DNA of 64,000 nucleotides from Candidatus Aceula meridiana (GCA_030765185.1 JAVCDE010000003.1:38-64037); one strand, 5' to 3'; positions 48,634 through 59,095 are shown, numbered from the stretch's first letter. Notes: generated by a model not told the origin, from the letters alone. A program made the numbers and translations.

Positions 48634-50226
48634 ATGAAAAAAAAGACGATAAAACAAAAAGGATTGCAGGAGTGCCTTGAAAAGCTTTTAACGCTTGGTA
48701 AGAGCAAAGGCTTTTTGACTTACGACGAGGTCAATGATACACTCGCAAAAGATGTCGAGTCTTCCGATGAAATCGATCAAGTTTTTGATTCGCTTGAGAC
48801 GAAGGGAATCAAGATTGTTGATTCTGCGCCCGACAAAGAAGAAGAGCTTGAATCTGGTCCTCGCGCTAAGGATCTTAAGCGTATCACAGACGAGCAGACG
48901 AGCGAACCTGTTTCTTATGGGGATAAGTTTATTCCGCTTGATGATCCTGTAAAAATGTATCTTAAACAGATGGGATCGATTTCACTTTTGACTCGCGAAA
49001 AAGAAATTCTTTTAGCTAAAAAAATCGAGGCTGCAGAAATAAAATTTGCTGAGGCTCTTTTTAAAATGGCATTTGCGCGTACGGAAGCTATGGGGATGAT
49101 TAATAAAATCTTGAATGAAGAAATTAATTTTGAAGACATTATCAAAGACGTTCTCGAGCGCCGCAACAAGTTGATTCGCGATTTAAAAAGACTTTTGCAC
49201 AAGGCCCGTCATTCACGTAAAGGCTCTGATCAGTCCGCAACAATTATTGCTCAATTTAAGCTAACCTCCACGGTTAATGAAGGCCTTGTGATTCGCGCTA
49301 AAGACATTATTAAGAAAATTGACCGGATTGACCGAACGCTTAAAAGCCGTAAAAAGATTCCGAAAGTGACTGAGCTGCGTAAAGAGAGAACCCAGCTTTT
49401 AAAGGAATTAGGCGAGCCTCTTAAGCGCGCTAAGGACTTGATGCGTATTACGCGTATGCGTCAGGCAAAGTTTAATCGTGCGAAAAAGGCATTGGTCGAA
49501 GCAAACTTAAGGCTTGTTGTCAGTATTGCCAAGAAATATATTAACCGTGGTCTATCTTTTCTTGATCTTATTCAGGAAGGCAACATGGGCTTGATTCGCG
49601 CTGTTGAAAAGTTTGAATATCAACGCGGGTATAAATTTTCAACCTATGCGACATGGTGGATTCGTCAGGCGATTACGCGCTCTATTGCAGATCAGGCAAG
49701 AACAATTCGCATTCCTGTTCACATGACAGAAACGATTAACAAAATTATTCGTGTTTCGAGATTGTTCGTTCAGGACAGCGGCCGTGAGCCAACTCCAAAA
49801 GAGATTGCTAAACAAGTGAAGCTTCCTGTGGTTAAGGTTAAGGAGATTTTAAAAATTTCTCAGGTGCCGATTTCCTTGCAAACGCCTATTGGCGATGAAG
49901 GGGATACGCATTTTGGCGATTTTATTGAAGATAAAAAAGCGGTTTCACCGGCTAATGCTACTGTGCATTCAATGTTAAAAGAAGAAATCATCGAAGTTCT
50001 GCAGACTTTAGACAGCCGCGAGCGCCAGATTTTAGAATTGCGCTTCGGCATCCAAGATGGCTCGACAAGGACGCTAGAAGAGGTTGGAAGTGTTTTTCGA
50101 GTAACTCGTGAACGCGTCCGTCAGATAGAATCTAAGGCTCTTCGAAAGTTACGCCATCCTACACGCTCAAGAAGACTTAAAACTTTCTTAGATATGACTG
50201 TAAAAGAGAGCGAGGGACTTCTTTAA
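48634..50226 (+). CDS. rpoD: primary sigma factor RpoD
   Basis: Region 1.1, [52 protein letters not shown]; follows dnaG. Confidence 0.97.
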   Translation: MKKKTIKQKGLQECLEKLLTLGKSKGFLTYDEVNDTLAKDVESSDEIDQVFDSLETKGIKIVDSAPDKEEELESGPRAKDLKRITDEQTSEPVSYGDKFIPLDDPVKMYLKQMGSISLLTREKEILLAKKIEAAEIKFAEALFKMAFARTEAMGMINKILNEEINFEDIIKDVLERRNKLIRDLKRLLHKARHSRKGSDQSATIIAQFKLTSTVNEGLVIRAKDIIKKIDRIDRTLKSRKKIPKVTELRKERTQLLKELGEPLKRAKDLMRITRMRQAKFNRAKKALVEANLRLVVSIAKKYINRGLSFLDLIQEGNMGLIRAVEKFEYQRGYKFSTYATWWIRQAITRSIADQARTIRIPVHMTETINKIIRVSRLFVQDSGREPTPKEIAKQVKLPVVKVKEILKISQVPISLQTPIGDEGDTHFGDFIEDKKAVSPANATVHSMLKEEIIEVLQTLDSRERQILELRFGIQDGSTRTLEEVGSVFRVTRERVRQIESKALRKLRHPTRSRRLKTFLDMTVKESEGLL

Positions 50227-50251
50227 GAGTCAAAAGGATTATGTTTTAGTT

Positions 50252-50290
50252 AAAGGGCCTATTCCTGCATGCAGAATAGGCCCTTTTTTT
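50252..50290 (+). terminator. rho-independent terminator
   Basis: AAAGGGCCTATTC...GAATAGGCCC followed by a T-tract. Confidence 0.85.
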
Positions 50291-50572
50291 GTCTTAAAGT
50301 ACTTAGTTTCTCTGTGTAAAAAGGTGCTAGTCAATGCTCCAAAAATTTGGTATACTTTACTTTCTGATTTTATATTTGACCCTAAATTTTACATTGGCAT
50401 TTTTTACTATTTCAAGTTAAAATGCCAATGCAAAACGCCTTTGGTGGGGGTTTACTCCGCAAGTCGCAACAAAGGTGCGATGCTGCGGCCCTTCGGACGG
50501 ATTTTTTAATATAAAATCCGGGTTGATTAACTATATATACTAGTATAATATGTTATAAGTTTAAGTTCATGC

Positions 50573-50647
50573 GGGCCCATAGCTCAGTCTGGTTAGAGCA
50601 GTTGACTCATAATCAATTGGTCCCAGGTTCAAGTCCTGGTGGGCCCA
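50573..50647 (+). tRNA. tRNA with CAT anticodon, probably Ile2 (lysidine type); CCA not encoded
   Basis: GGGCCCA acceptor, GTTGA-CTCATAA-TCAAT anticodon arm, GGTTCAAGTCC T-arm; G1-C72 pair and no fMet GGG/CCC stem. Confidence 0.88.
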
Positions 50648-50656
50648 GTTAAATAG

Positions 50657-50733
50657 GGGCGCATAGCTCAGCTGGTTAGAGTGCTGCCCTCACATGGCAG
50701 AGGTCGAAGGTTCGAGTCCTTCTGTGCCCACCA
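50657..50733 (+). tRNA. tRNA-Val(CAC)
   Basis: GGGCGCA/TGTGCCC acceptor, CTGCC-CTCACAT-GGCAG, GGTTCGAGTCC, ACCA end. Confidence 0.95.
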
Positions 50734-50759
50734 TTATTTGAAATATTTGAAAGGAAAAA

Positions 50760-51485
50760 ATGACATCAAAATCCGCAAAAGACCAGATTATTAAGCTTGT
50801 TGAACTTCAAAAATTTGATACAGAGATTTATCAGTACAATAAGGAACTTAAAGAGGGCCCTGAGCGCCTCCAAGAGATTAAGATCCAATTTGAAGCAAAA
50901 AAGCAAATCTTAAAAGAATTTGATGAGAGGACTAAATCGAAACAGCTTGAGCGCAAGGAAAAAGAAGTTGACCTCCAGGCCAAGGAAGATGAAATTGTTA
51001 AATCTAATAATCATCTATCACAGCTAAAAACTAATAAAGAATATAAAGCTAAGCTGACAGAGATTGAGAATATTAAAGCTGATAAGTCAATTATTGAAGA
51101 AAAAATTCTTATTCTTTTTGACGAAGTTGATAAGATAAAAGATCAGTTTGAGAAGGAAAAGGTTCTTTTGGCAGAGGAAGAAAAGAATTACATTGCAGAG
51201 AAAAAACAGATTGAAGATTTCATGAAAGAGCTTGAGGAGAAGGTTAAGCTTCTTGAGAATAAACGAAAACAAACAGCTGTGGACATTGACGCAAATGCTT
51301 TAAGCCGTTATGAACGTATTTTAAAGGGAAAAGATGGTTTGGCGATTGTGAAAGTTGAAAATGGTTCTTGCACCGGATGCTATATGAATGTTCCTGCACA
51401 GCAAGTTAATCAAATTAAGAAGCATGAAAATCTTATTTATTGTGAAATGTGTGCCCGTATTCTTTATATCGAGGAAGACCTTTGA
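50760..51485 (+). CDS. coiled-coil C4 zinc-ribbon protein (DUF164/CT398-like)
   Basis: Long coiled coil, then CTGC...CEMCARIL. Confidence 0.88.
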   Translation: MTSKSAKDQIIKLVELQKFDTEIYQYNKELKEGPERLQEIKIQFEAKKQILKEFDERTKSKQLERKEKEVDLQAKEDEIVKSNNHLSQLKTNKEYKAKLTEIENIKADKSIIEEKILILFDEVDKIKDQFEKEKVLLAEEEKNYIAEKKQIEDFMKELEEKVKLLENKRKQTAVDIDANALSRYERILKGKDGLAIVKVENGSCTGCYMNVPAQQVNQIKKHENLIYCEMCARILYIEEDL

Positions 51486-51961
51486 GTAAGACATTAAAAA
51501 TATTTATTGATGGTGCATGCCGTGGAAATCCTGGTCCTGCAGGGATTGGTGTTGTTATCCTAGAGGGGAAAAAAGTTTTAAAAGAGATTTCTAAACCTAT
51601 TGGTGAAGCGACTAACAATATTGCTGAATATTCAGCGCTTATTTTTAGCCTTATTGAATCGATAGCTTTAAAGGCCGAAAAAATTCAGATTTGTTCTGAT
51701 AGTGAACTTGTTTGTCGACAGCTTGGCGGAAAATATAAAATTAAGAATTCAAAATTAAAGTTTCTTTACGATGAAGCCATCGCGCTGTTTAAGTGTTTTA
51801 AGTCTGTTGAGATTAAACATATTCCACGCGAGGAAAACAAGCAAGCCGATAGGCTTGCGACAGGTTCTTTAAAAGATATAAAGAGCAGCCTAGATGATCG
51901 CCCCGAAGTCTATCTCTTTGGGGAGGAAAGTCCGAGCTCCAAAGGATATGCATCCCGATAA
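51482..51961 (+). CDS. rnhA: ribonuclease HI (RVT_3-type)
   Basis: DGACRGNPGPAGIG, TNNIAEY, SDSELV, HIPREENKQADRLA; TTG start overlaps the upstream stop. Confidence 0.9.
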   Translation: MSKTLKIFIDGACRGNPGPAGIGVVILEGKKVLKEISKPIGEATNNIAEYSALIFSLIESIALKAEKIQICSDSELVCRQLGGKYKIKNSKLKFLYDEAIALFKCFKSVEIKHIPREENKQADRLATGSLKDIKSSLDDRPEVYLFGEESPSSKGYASR

Positions 51962-52237
51962 TGCGGGACACCTTGGCATCTGTCGAGGGAGGATTAGAGC
52001 CACAGTGACGATGCCTTTGCCTTTGGCAAAGGAGTGAAACGCGCAATCTCTGCATGGAGCAAGGCCAAATAGGGGGAGACGCTGCCTTTAACAGCAGCGA
52101 CGAAGTGGTCCGCTTCGTCATCATTTCCGGGTAGGCCGCAAGAGTCAAGGGAGTAATTCCTTGAGTTAGTCAAATGATCATTGACCTCGCCCATAAAAAA
52201 TCGAGGGAAACAGAACTCGGCTTATGGGCTGCTCTTT
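51881..52237 (+). ncRNA. rnpB: RNase P RNA
   Basis: P1 AAGAGCAGCC/GGGCTGCTCTT; GAGGAAAGTCCGAGCT; GTGAAACG; GGAGCAAGGCCAAATAG; ACAGAACTCGGCTTA. Confidence 0.93.
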
Positions 52238-52238
52238 T

Positions 52239-52306
52239 GATTCATCGAGATATTTTAAGGGTTTCTTACTCGATGAATCATCCTTAAAGTCCAAAGGACT
52301 TAAGGG
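52239..52306. other. two hairpins downstream of rnpB (processing or termination)
   Basis: GATTCATCGAG/CTCGATGAATC and CCTTAA(A)GTCC/GGACTTAAGG. Confidence 0.4.
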
Positions 52307-52368
52307 CTCAGAAGTTTTTAAAACAGATAAACAAGCATTCAAGCAAAAAAATAAGGGAGGATTCAAAC

Positions 52369-53118
52369 ATGTCAGGACATTCAAAATGGGCAAGTATTAA
52401 GCACAAGAAGGCAGCAACCGACGCCAAAAGAGGCGCGGCTTTTACAAAGATAATTAAAGAAATTACAACCGCAGCCAGAGAAGGTGGTGGGAATCCAGAT
52501 ACAAATCCACGCCTGCGCACAGCCATGCAGCGTGCAAAGCTCAACAATATGCCTTCTAATAATGTTGATAATGCGATTAAAAAGGGGACCGGCGAACTTC
52601 CTGGCGTTACTTATGAATCAGGTCTTTTAGAAGGATATGGTTCTGGCGGTGTTGCTGTTTTGGTTGAAACGTTAACAGACAATAAGAATCGTACTGTCGC
52701 CGAGGTTCGCAGTATTTTAAATAAGAAAAATGGGAGCTTGGCTGGTGCGGGAAGCACAGCATGGATGTTTACCAAAAAAGGTTTTATTGTTATCTCTGCG
52801 GACAAAGCCAAGGAAGATGAGCTAATGGATATTGTTATCGAGGCTGGAGCTGAAGATTTAAAAGTTGAAGGTGATAATTTTGAAGTTACCACAGATCCTT
52901 CGAGTTTTGAAGCTGTTAAAACAGCTCTCGAAGGAAAAAATATTGAGACGACAACAGCGGAAGTAACAATGATTCCAAACTCAACAGTTAAGGTTGAGGG
53001 TAATGAAGCTAGCCAAATTTTGGCTTTGATGGAAGCGCTTGAAGAGCAAGAAGACGTCCAAGCGGTGTATGCAAATTTTGATATTTCAGATGAGGAAATG
53101 GAAAAGATTTCCCAGTAA
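52369..53118 (+). CDS. yebC: YebC/PmpR family protein
   Basis: MSGHSKWASIKHKKA, NPRLR, EGYG, TDNKNRT. Confidence 0.96.
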   Translation: MSGHSKWASIKHKKAATDAKRGAAFTKIIKEITTAAREGGGNPDTNPRLRTAMQRAKLNNMPSNNVDNAIKKGTGELPGVTYESGLLEGYGSGGVAVLVETLTDNKNRTVAEVRSILNKKNGSLAGAGSTAWMFTKKGFIVISADKAKEDELMDIVIEAGAEDLKVEGDNFEVTTDPSSFEAVKTALEGKNIETTTAEVTMIPNSTVKVEGNEASQILALMEALEEQEDVQAVYANFDISDEEMEKISQ

Positions 53119-53600
53119 TGAAAATTTTAGGGATTGATCCTGGTTCAGTAATTACAGGCTACGGCTTAATTAATGCTAAGGATGGGGTTGTTAAACTTAT
53201 CGAAGCCGGCATCATTAAGATGAGAGCAGCTGATCCTTTAAAAGATCGCATACATACCGTTTATCGCAATTTAAACGATGTGGTTGTAGCGCACAAGCCG
53301 GATGTCCTTGTCCTTGAGAAATTATATACGCACCACAGCTATCGGACAACTGCTTCAATTTTAGGGCATGTGCGTGGCGTCATTTGCCTTCTTTGCGCTC
53401 AGAAGAATATTATACTAGCAGAGAGCAGTGTTAAGCGTATTCGTAAAGCTGTCACGGGGAATGGCGGAGCAAGCAAGAAACAAACACAGGTTATGGTCGC
53501 GCATCTTCTTAGTATTTCTGAAGATAAGCTTACGGCTGATGCTGGCGATGCCCTAGCTTTAGCTATCGGCTATATTAGCTTAAATCGGAAAAAAATATGA
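53118..53600 (+). CDS. ruvC: Holliday junction resolvase RuvC
   Basis: ILGIDPG..TGYG, E, VTGNG.ASKKQ, DAGDALALA. Confidence 0.95.
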   Translation: MKILGIDPGSVITGYGLINAKDGVVKLIEAGIIKMRAADPLKDRIHTVYRNLNDVVVAHKPDVLVLEKLYTHHSYRTTASILGHVRGVICLLCAQKNIILAESSVKRIRKAVTGNGGASKKQTQVMVAHLLSISEDKLTADAGDALALAIGYISLNRKKI

Positions 53601-54238
53601 TCGCTCGTATTTGCGGAAAAGTTTTTAAGAAAGAACAAAACGCTATTGTTATTGATGTCAATGGCATTTATTACGAGGTGATTGTCCCGAATTCTGTTTT
53701 GCAGCGCATGGATGAAACCAAAGACAGCGAAGGGCGAGTTAATCTAATTACGTATCACTATATTCAAACAGACCCCTCGAGGGGCATGCCGGTCTTGATA
53801 GGATTTATGAGTGAAGTTGAAAAAGATTTTTTTCAGCAATTTATTAAAGTTTCAGGTATTGGACCGCGCGCGGCTGTTAAGGCATTGGATAAGCCTATTT
53901 CGGAAATTGTCCGTGCGATTGATGAAGGGGACCTCGTTTTTTTAAAAACATTGCCGGGCATTGGTATGCAACGCGCTAAAGAAGTCGTGGCTAAACTTCA
54001 AGGGAAAGTCGGTAAATTTGGTCTTATTCAAGACGGTGGGTCTTCTTCGACCGACGTTCAGGGTGTAGGTGCTTCTGATTTTCAGGATGAGGTTCTTTCA
54101 GTGCTCTTGCAGCTGCAATATAAAAAGCAAGAAGCATTGGATATGATCAAGAAAGCTTTGGGGCGGACAGAAAACGTTAGCAACGCAGAAGATCTTTTGA
54201 ACGAAATTTATAAACAAAGGGTAAAAGACAATGGATAA
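53597..54238 (+). CDS. ruvA: Holliday junction branch migration protein RuvA
   Basis: MIARICG, VSGIGPRAA, LPGIG HhH motifs. Confidence 0.93.
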   Translation: MIARICGKVFKKEQNAIVIDVNGIYYEVIVPNSVLQRMDETKDSEGRVNLITYHYIQTDPSRGMPVLIGFMSEVEKDFFQQFIKVSGIGPRAAVKALDKPISEIVRAIDEGDLVFLKTLPGIGMQRAKEVVAKLQGKVGKFGLIQDGGSSSTDVQGVGASDFQDEVLSVLLQLQYKKQEALDMIKKALGRTENVSNAEDLLNEIYKQRVKDNG

Positions 54239-55100
54239 TGATTTACAGTACATCAAAGGCGTTGCTGAGGCTTTGCTTTTTGTCAGCGAAAAGCCGGTTA
54301 CTATGGATGAGTTTAAGAATGCGCTTGAAGGTGTAGATACTAAGGCACTTCGCCAAGCGATTGAAGAGATGAAAGAGAATTATCAAGAGCGTCAAAGCGG
54401 CATGGTTATCACGGAAATTGCCGGAGGCTATCAGATGCTAAGTAATCCGCAATATGCGGCATCTGTTCGCGTGTTTTATCGAACACAGAAAAAAGAAAGA
54501 TTATCCAAGCCGTCTTTAGAAACATTAGCCATTATTGCTTATAAGCAGCCGGTCACACGTATTGAGGTCGAGATGATCCGTGGGGTTAATTCTGACGGTG
54601 TTGTTAATCATCTTTTAGAAAAAGGGTTATTAAAGATTAATGGGCGTAAAGATGTTCCGGGAAAGCCTTATATTTACGGAACGACAAAGCAATTTTTAGA
54701 ATATTTTGGGTTGCGGTCTTTAGCCGATCTTCCGAGGCTAGAAGAGTTTGAGACGCTGGAAGATGGGCCACAGAAAATTCAGGCTTTTCAGCAGGTAACG
54801 GAAAAGTTTATAGAGCAGGCCGAAGAAAACGCGCCTGAGGATGCTTTCGTAGGTGCAGAAGAGACTCCAAGCGTTGAGCAAGTTCTTACGAGCGAGTTGC
54901 CTGACGAGGCAGAGCCGACAGAGCAGGATGCTGAAAAGGCAGAAGAACCACAAGACATTGAAAAGACAGAAGAACCAATTGAGAAAAAACAAGAAAATCA
55001 GACTATTTCACAAAAAGCCAAACCCCAAGAGGCGGCTTCTTTATTAGAACAAGAGACTGTTACTGAGGGAGGTAGCAATGAGCATCCCCAAGCTTCGTAA
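54231..55100 (+). CDS. scpB: SMC-Scp complex subunit ScpB with acidic C-terminal tail
   Basis: EALLF, AGGYQM, LSKPSLETLAIIAYKQPVTR, RGV, YGTTKQFLEYFGL.SL.DLP. Confidence 0.93.
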   Translation: MDNDLQYIKGVAEALLFVSEKPVTMDEFKNALEGVDTKALRQAIEEMKENYQERQSGMVITEIAGGYQMLSNPQYAASVRVFYRTQKKERLSKPSLETLAIIAYKQPVTRIEVEMIRGVNSDGVVNHLLEKGLLKINGRKDVPGKPYIYGTTKQFLEYFGLRSLADLPRLEEFETLEDGPQKIQAFQQVTEKFIEQAEENAPEDAFVGAEETPSVEQVLTSELPDEAEPTEQDAEKAEEPQDIEKTEEPIEKKQENQTISQKAKPQEAASLLEQETVTEGGSNEHPQAS

Positions 55101-56133
55101 AAAAATAGATATCCTTGATGCAAGGATTATTGCGTTGCTCAACGACCGGGCCAATGTTAGCTTGGCTATTGGGAAAGAAAAGAATAAAAGTCAAAAAAGT
55201 ATTTATGCTCCGGACAGAGAAAAGAAGGTTCTCGACCGCATTAAGAAGCTAAGCAAGGGTCCGATGAAACCAGATGCCTTGGATGCGATTTATCGAGAGG
55301 TAATGTCGTCTTCACTTTCTTTAGAAAAGCCGCTTCAAATTGCTTATTTGGGGCCTCAGGCGTCGTTTACACATTTAGCTGCCAGAAAGAAATTCGGTTC
55401 GCAGATAACCTATGTTCCGTGCATGAATATTCCTGATGTTTTTGATAGAGTTGAAAAAGGTGATTGTGATTATGGCGTTGTTCCTATCGAAAATTCAATT
55501 GATGGCGCCATCACGCACACGCTTGATCCTTTAGCGGATTCTGAATTAAAGATTTGTGCGCAGGTTTTATTGGAAATTTCGCACAACCTTTTGTCTGGCG
55601 GAAATTTAAATTCTATAAAGACTATTTATTCAAAATCACAGGTTTTCGGGCAGTGTCGTAATTGGATTCGAAATAATCTCCCGAGGGCAGAGTTGATTGA
55701 GGCATCTTCAACAACAAAGGCGGCTCAGATTGTGGCTAAGAAAAAAACAGCCGCTTGCATTGCTTCAGCTCTAGCGGCGCAAGTGTATGATCTAAAAATT
55801 CTTGAAAAAGGAATCGAAGATTTTTCGCATAACATTACGCGCTTTCTTGTCATCGCAAATGATGATGCATCTCCGACGGGAAAAGATCGCACATCGATTT
55901 TATTTTCAATTAAAGATAGGGTCGGCGCTCTTCATGAGATGCTGGTGCCTTTTAGCCGTAACAAAATTAATTTAACAAAAATTGAATCAAGGCCGTCCAA
56001 GAAAAAGGCTTGGGATTATTACTTCTTCGTAGATTGCCAGGGTCATCATCAGGACAAAAATGTTCAAAAGGCCTTAAAAGAATTAGAAAAGAAATGTAAA
56101 TATTTAAAAGTGCTGGGATCTTATCCAGTTTAA
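55078..56133 (+). CDS. pheA: chorismate mutase / prephenate dehydratase
   Basis: LRKKID, YLGPQASFT, PIENS, NITRF, TKIESRP. Confidence 0.96.
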   Translation: MSIPKLRKKIDILDARIIALLNDRANVSLAIGKEKNKSQKSIYAPDREKKVLDRIKKLSKGPMKPDALDAIYREVMSSSLSLEKPLQIAYLGPQASFTHLAARKKFGSQITYVPCMNIPDVFDRVEKGDCDYGVVPIENSIDGAITHTLDPLADSELKICAQVLLEISHNLLSGGNLNSIKTIYSKSQVFGQCRNWIRNNLPRAELIEASSTTKAAQIVAKKKTAACIASALAAQVYDLKILEKGIEDFSHNITRFLVIANDDASPTGKDRTSILFSIKDRVGALHEMLVPFSRNKINLTKIESRPSKKKAWDYYFFVDCQGHHQDKNVQKALKELEKKCKYLKVLGSYPV

Positions 56134-56137
56134 GAAA

Positions 56138-57223
56138 ATGAAAAATGCTGCTCGAAAGAATATTTTAAAGATAAAGCCGTATGTTCCGGGAAAACCCATT
56201 GAAGAGGTTAAGCGTGATTTGGGATTAAAAGAGGTATGTAAATTAGCCTCCAACGAAAATCCGTTTAGTCCATCGCCCAAGGTCTTAAAGGCTATGCAAA
56301 AGGCACTCAAGGGGCTTAACCGTTATCCTGATGGAAGCTGCTATTATCTTCGTAAAGAAATTGCCAAGAATTTGAAGGTGAAAGAGACACAGTTGATTTT
56401 TGGCAATGGTTCCGATGAAGTTATTTTTCAGGTGGTGAGGGCTTTTGTAAACGAAGGTGAAGAGATTGTCATTGCCCATCCGACATTTCTTATGTACGGA
56501 ATTGTTGGGCAAATTGCTGGCGCAAAAATCAAAACAATTCCGCTAAAGAATTTCCGCTATGATCTTGTTGCTATGAAAAAAGCAGTTAGCAAGAAAACAA
56601 AAGTTATTTTCATCGCAAATCCGGATAACCCTATGGGAACTTACGTCACCAAAAAAGAACTTGATGTATTTTTAAAAGGGTTACGCAAAGATATTCTTGT
56701 TTTTTTAGATGAGGCTTATTATGAGTTTGCCCCAAAAAAAGATTATCCCAATAGTTTTAGCTTGCTAAAGAAGTACAAGAATATTATTGTGACGCGGACA
56801 TTTTCTAAGATGTATGGATTGGCAGGTTTGCGTATTGGCTATGGTGTTTCAAGCGAAGAGGTGATTGATATTCTAAATCGTGTACGCGAGCCATTTAACA
56901 TTAATAGCGTCGCACAAGCCGCAGCAGTTGCAGCGTTAAAAGACCAAGCTTATTATCAAAAGGCAATACGATTGTGTGAAAAAGAGAAGCAATACCTTTA
57001 TGAGGAATTTAAAAAATTTGGACTTTCCTTTGTAAAAAGTGCAACAAATTTTGTTGTCATTGACGTTAAAAAAGATAGCCAAAAGGTTTTTCAAAAGCTT
57101 TTACGCAAAGGAATCATTGTCCGCAACATGAATGCCTGGGGTCTTAAGAACTATATCCGCGTGACCGTCGGGAAACCTCAGGAAAATAGAAAATTTATAA
57201 GAAGCTTAAAGGAGATTTTATGA
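56138..57223 (+). CDS. hisC: histidinol-phosphate/aromatic aminotransferase
   Basis: KLASNENP, GNGSDE, NPDNPMG, DEAY, RTFSKMYGLAGLRIGY. Confidence 0.93.
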   Translation: MKNAARKNILKIKPYVPGKPIEEVKRDLGLKEVCKLASNENPFSPSPKVLKAMQKALKGLNRYPDGSCYYLRKEIAKNLKVKETQLIFGNGSDEVIFQVVRAFVNEGEEIVIAHPTFLMYGIVGQIAGAKIKTIPLKNFRYDLVAMKKAVSKKTKVIFIANPDNPMGTYVTKKELDVFLKGLRKDILVFLDEAYYEFAPKKDYPNSFSLLKKYKNIIVTRTFSKMYGLAGLRIGYGVSSEEVIDILNRVREPFNINSVAQAAAVAALKDQAYYQKAIRLCEKEKQYLYEEFKKFGLSFVKSATNFVVIDVKKDSQKVFQKLLRKGIIVRNMNAWGLKNYIRVTVGKPQENRKFIRSLKEIL

Positions 57224-58236
57224 TAGTCGTTTTAAAACCAAATGCAACAGAGAAGCAAATTCAGTACATTCTTGCTAAGACAAAGAATCTAGGATTAAAG
57301 TCCCACGTGTCCCGTGGAGTCGAGCGAACAGTCATTGGCTTTATCGGCCCTGAAGATGTTTTGCGCGTAACACCTCTTGAAGTTTTTCCAGGTGTTGCCG
57401 AAGTTATGCCGGTTTTATCACCCTACCGGCTTGTTTCGCGTGAGTTTAAAAAAGAAAATTCTCAAGTTGCGATAACAAAGAATATCAAAATCGGTGGTAA
57501 GAAAATTATTTTAATGGCAGGGCCGTGCTCAGTTGAAAGCAGAAAAGGTCTTCTTTCCATTGCCCGCAAAGTTAAGGCTTCCGGAGCGAGCGTTTTACGC
57601 GGTGGAGCTTTTAAGCCGAGAACGTCACCGTATGATTTTCAAGGCTTAGGGGAAGAGGGACTAAAGTATTTAAAAGAGGCCTCAGAAAGATTTGGCCTTG
57701 CAACCGTTACTGAAGTTATTGACCCTCGTCATGTCGAATTGATGTCAAAATATATTGATGTTTTTCAAATCGGTGCTCGTAATATGCAAAATTTTGTTTT
57801 GCTTAAAGAGGTCGGGAGAACGAAAAAGCCTGTGCTACTTAAAAGAGGCATGAGTGCCACCATCAAAGACTGGCTGATGAGCGCCGAGTATATTCTTTCA
57901 GAAGGGAATTTTAATGTTATCCTTTGCGAAAGAGGAATCCGTACATTTGAAACAGCGACTCGTAATACTTTGGATATCAATGCTGTAGCTGTCGCTAAAA
58001 ATTTATCACATCTTCCGGTGGTTGTTGACCCGAGCCATGGGACTGGGAAATGGGGCTTAGTCGGCGCTGCCGCTAAAGCGGGCGTTGCTGCCGGATGTGA
58101 TGGTCTTATGATCGAAGTTCATGATAATCCAGAGGCTGCATTATCAGATGGCGCGCAGTCGCTTCTTCCTAAAAACTTTAATAACCTTGTCAAAGAATTG
58201 AGGAAAATTTCTTTGGCGGTTCAGAGAGATTTATAA
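57220..58236 (+). CDS. aroF: DAHP synthase (class I-beta with N-terminal regulatory domain)
   Basis: AGPCSVE, GGAFKPRTSPY, IGARNMQN, CERGIRTF, DPSH. Confidence 0.95.
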   Translation: MIVVLKPNATEKQIQYILAKTKNLGLKSHVSRGVERTVIGFIGPEDVLRVTPLEVFPGVAEVMPVLSPYRLVSREFKKENSQVAITKNIKIGGKKIILMAGPCSVESRKGLLSIARKVKASGASVLRGGAFKPRTSPYDFQGLGEEGLKYLKEASERFGLATVTEVIDPRHVELMSKYIDVFQIGARNMQNFVLLKEVGRTKKPVLLKRGMSATIKDWLMSAEYILSEGNFNVILCERGIRTFETATRNTLDINAVAVAKNLSHLPVVVDPSHGTGKWGLVGAAAKAGVAAGCDGLMIEVHDNPEAALSDGAQSLLPKNFNNLVKELRKISLAVQRDL

Positions 58237-58237
58237 A

Positions 58238-59095
58238 ATGAGAGTTCAGGGAAATCCTTTATTATTTCGCAAAGTAACAATTATTGGAATTGGACTTCTG
58301 GGTGGATCCATTGGGATGGCGATTAAAAAGCAACGCCTTGCCCGAGAGGTTGTGGGTGTTTCGCGGCGCCAGGCAACACTTAGCTACGCACTGCGAAACA
58401 AAATTGTAGACAAGGTTACAAGTGATATTACCAAATCGCTAGAAAATGCAGATTTAGTAATTCTTGCAACGCCGGTTAAAACAATTGTGACACTTTTAGC
58501 TAACATCGGCAAACACCTAAAACGTGGATGCATTGTTATGGATGTCGGAAGCACAAAATCAACCATTGTTGAGGTTGCGCATAAACATCTACCGGCACAT
58601 GTTTCTTTCGTGGGGGCACATCCTTTGGCTGGTTCTGAGAAAAAAGGTGTTGAGTTTAGCAGTGCGCAATTATTCGATGGGAGTTTTTGCGTTTTAACGT
58701 CTACGGAAAAAACAAATAAGCAGGCCGAAGAAAAAATAAAATCGCTTTGGACTCATGTCGGGTCTAAGATCAAAGTAGTTTCTCCAAGTGAGCACGATAA
58801 AATTTTAGCCTACACTTCTCATGTGCCGCATCTTTTAGCCTATGGCATGATTGAGGCAATTCCCGAAAAATATCTTGAGTATGGGTCGACAGGTCTTAAG
58901 GACACAACGCGCATTGCCGGATCAAATCCGCAACTCTGGAGTGATATCTCAATGGAGAATTCAAAGAATATCTTAAATGTTCTTGATGAGGTTGTTAAAA
59001 CTCTTTCAGTGTATAGGCAAGCTGTTGCCTCAAGAAATGAGTCTGTTTTAACTGAAAAGTTTAAAAGTTCTAAAAGTAAACGCGATGCCATCTAA
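58238..59095 (+). CDS. tyrA: prephenate/arogenate dehydrogenase
   Basis: GIGLLGGS, DVGSTK, HPLAGSE, HD, SHVPH, DTTRIA. Confidence 0.94.
   Translation: MRVQGNPLLFRKVTIIGIGLLGGSIGMAIKKQRLAREVVGVSRRQATLSYALRNKIVDKVTSDITKSLENADLVILATPVKTIVTLLANIGKHLKRGCIVMDVGSTKSTIVEVAHKHLPAHVSFVGAHPLAGSEKKGVEFSSAQLFDGSFCVLTSTEKTNKQAEEKIKSLWTHVGSKIKVVSPSEHDKILAYTSHVPHLLAYGMIEAIPEKYLEYGSTGLKDTTRIAGSNPQLWSDISMENSKNILNVLDEVVKTLSVYRQAVASRNESVLTEKFKSSKSKRDAI

Noticed and set aside
50573-50647. Initiator or elongator tRNA-Met call
   Set aside because: No C1:A72 mismatch or triple G-C anticodon stem; the sequence fits Ile2 better, though elongator Met cannot be fully excluded
50573-50733. tRNAs as an island integration site
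   Set aside because: No duplicated tRNA 3' end seen, and flanking genes are core
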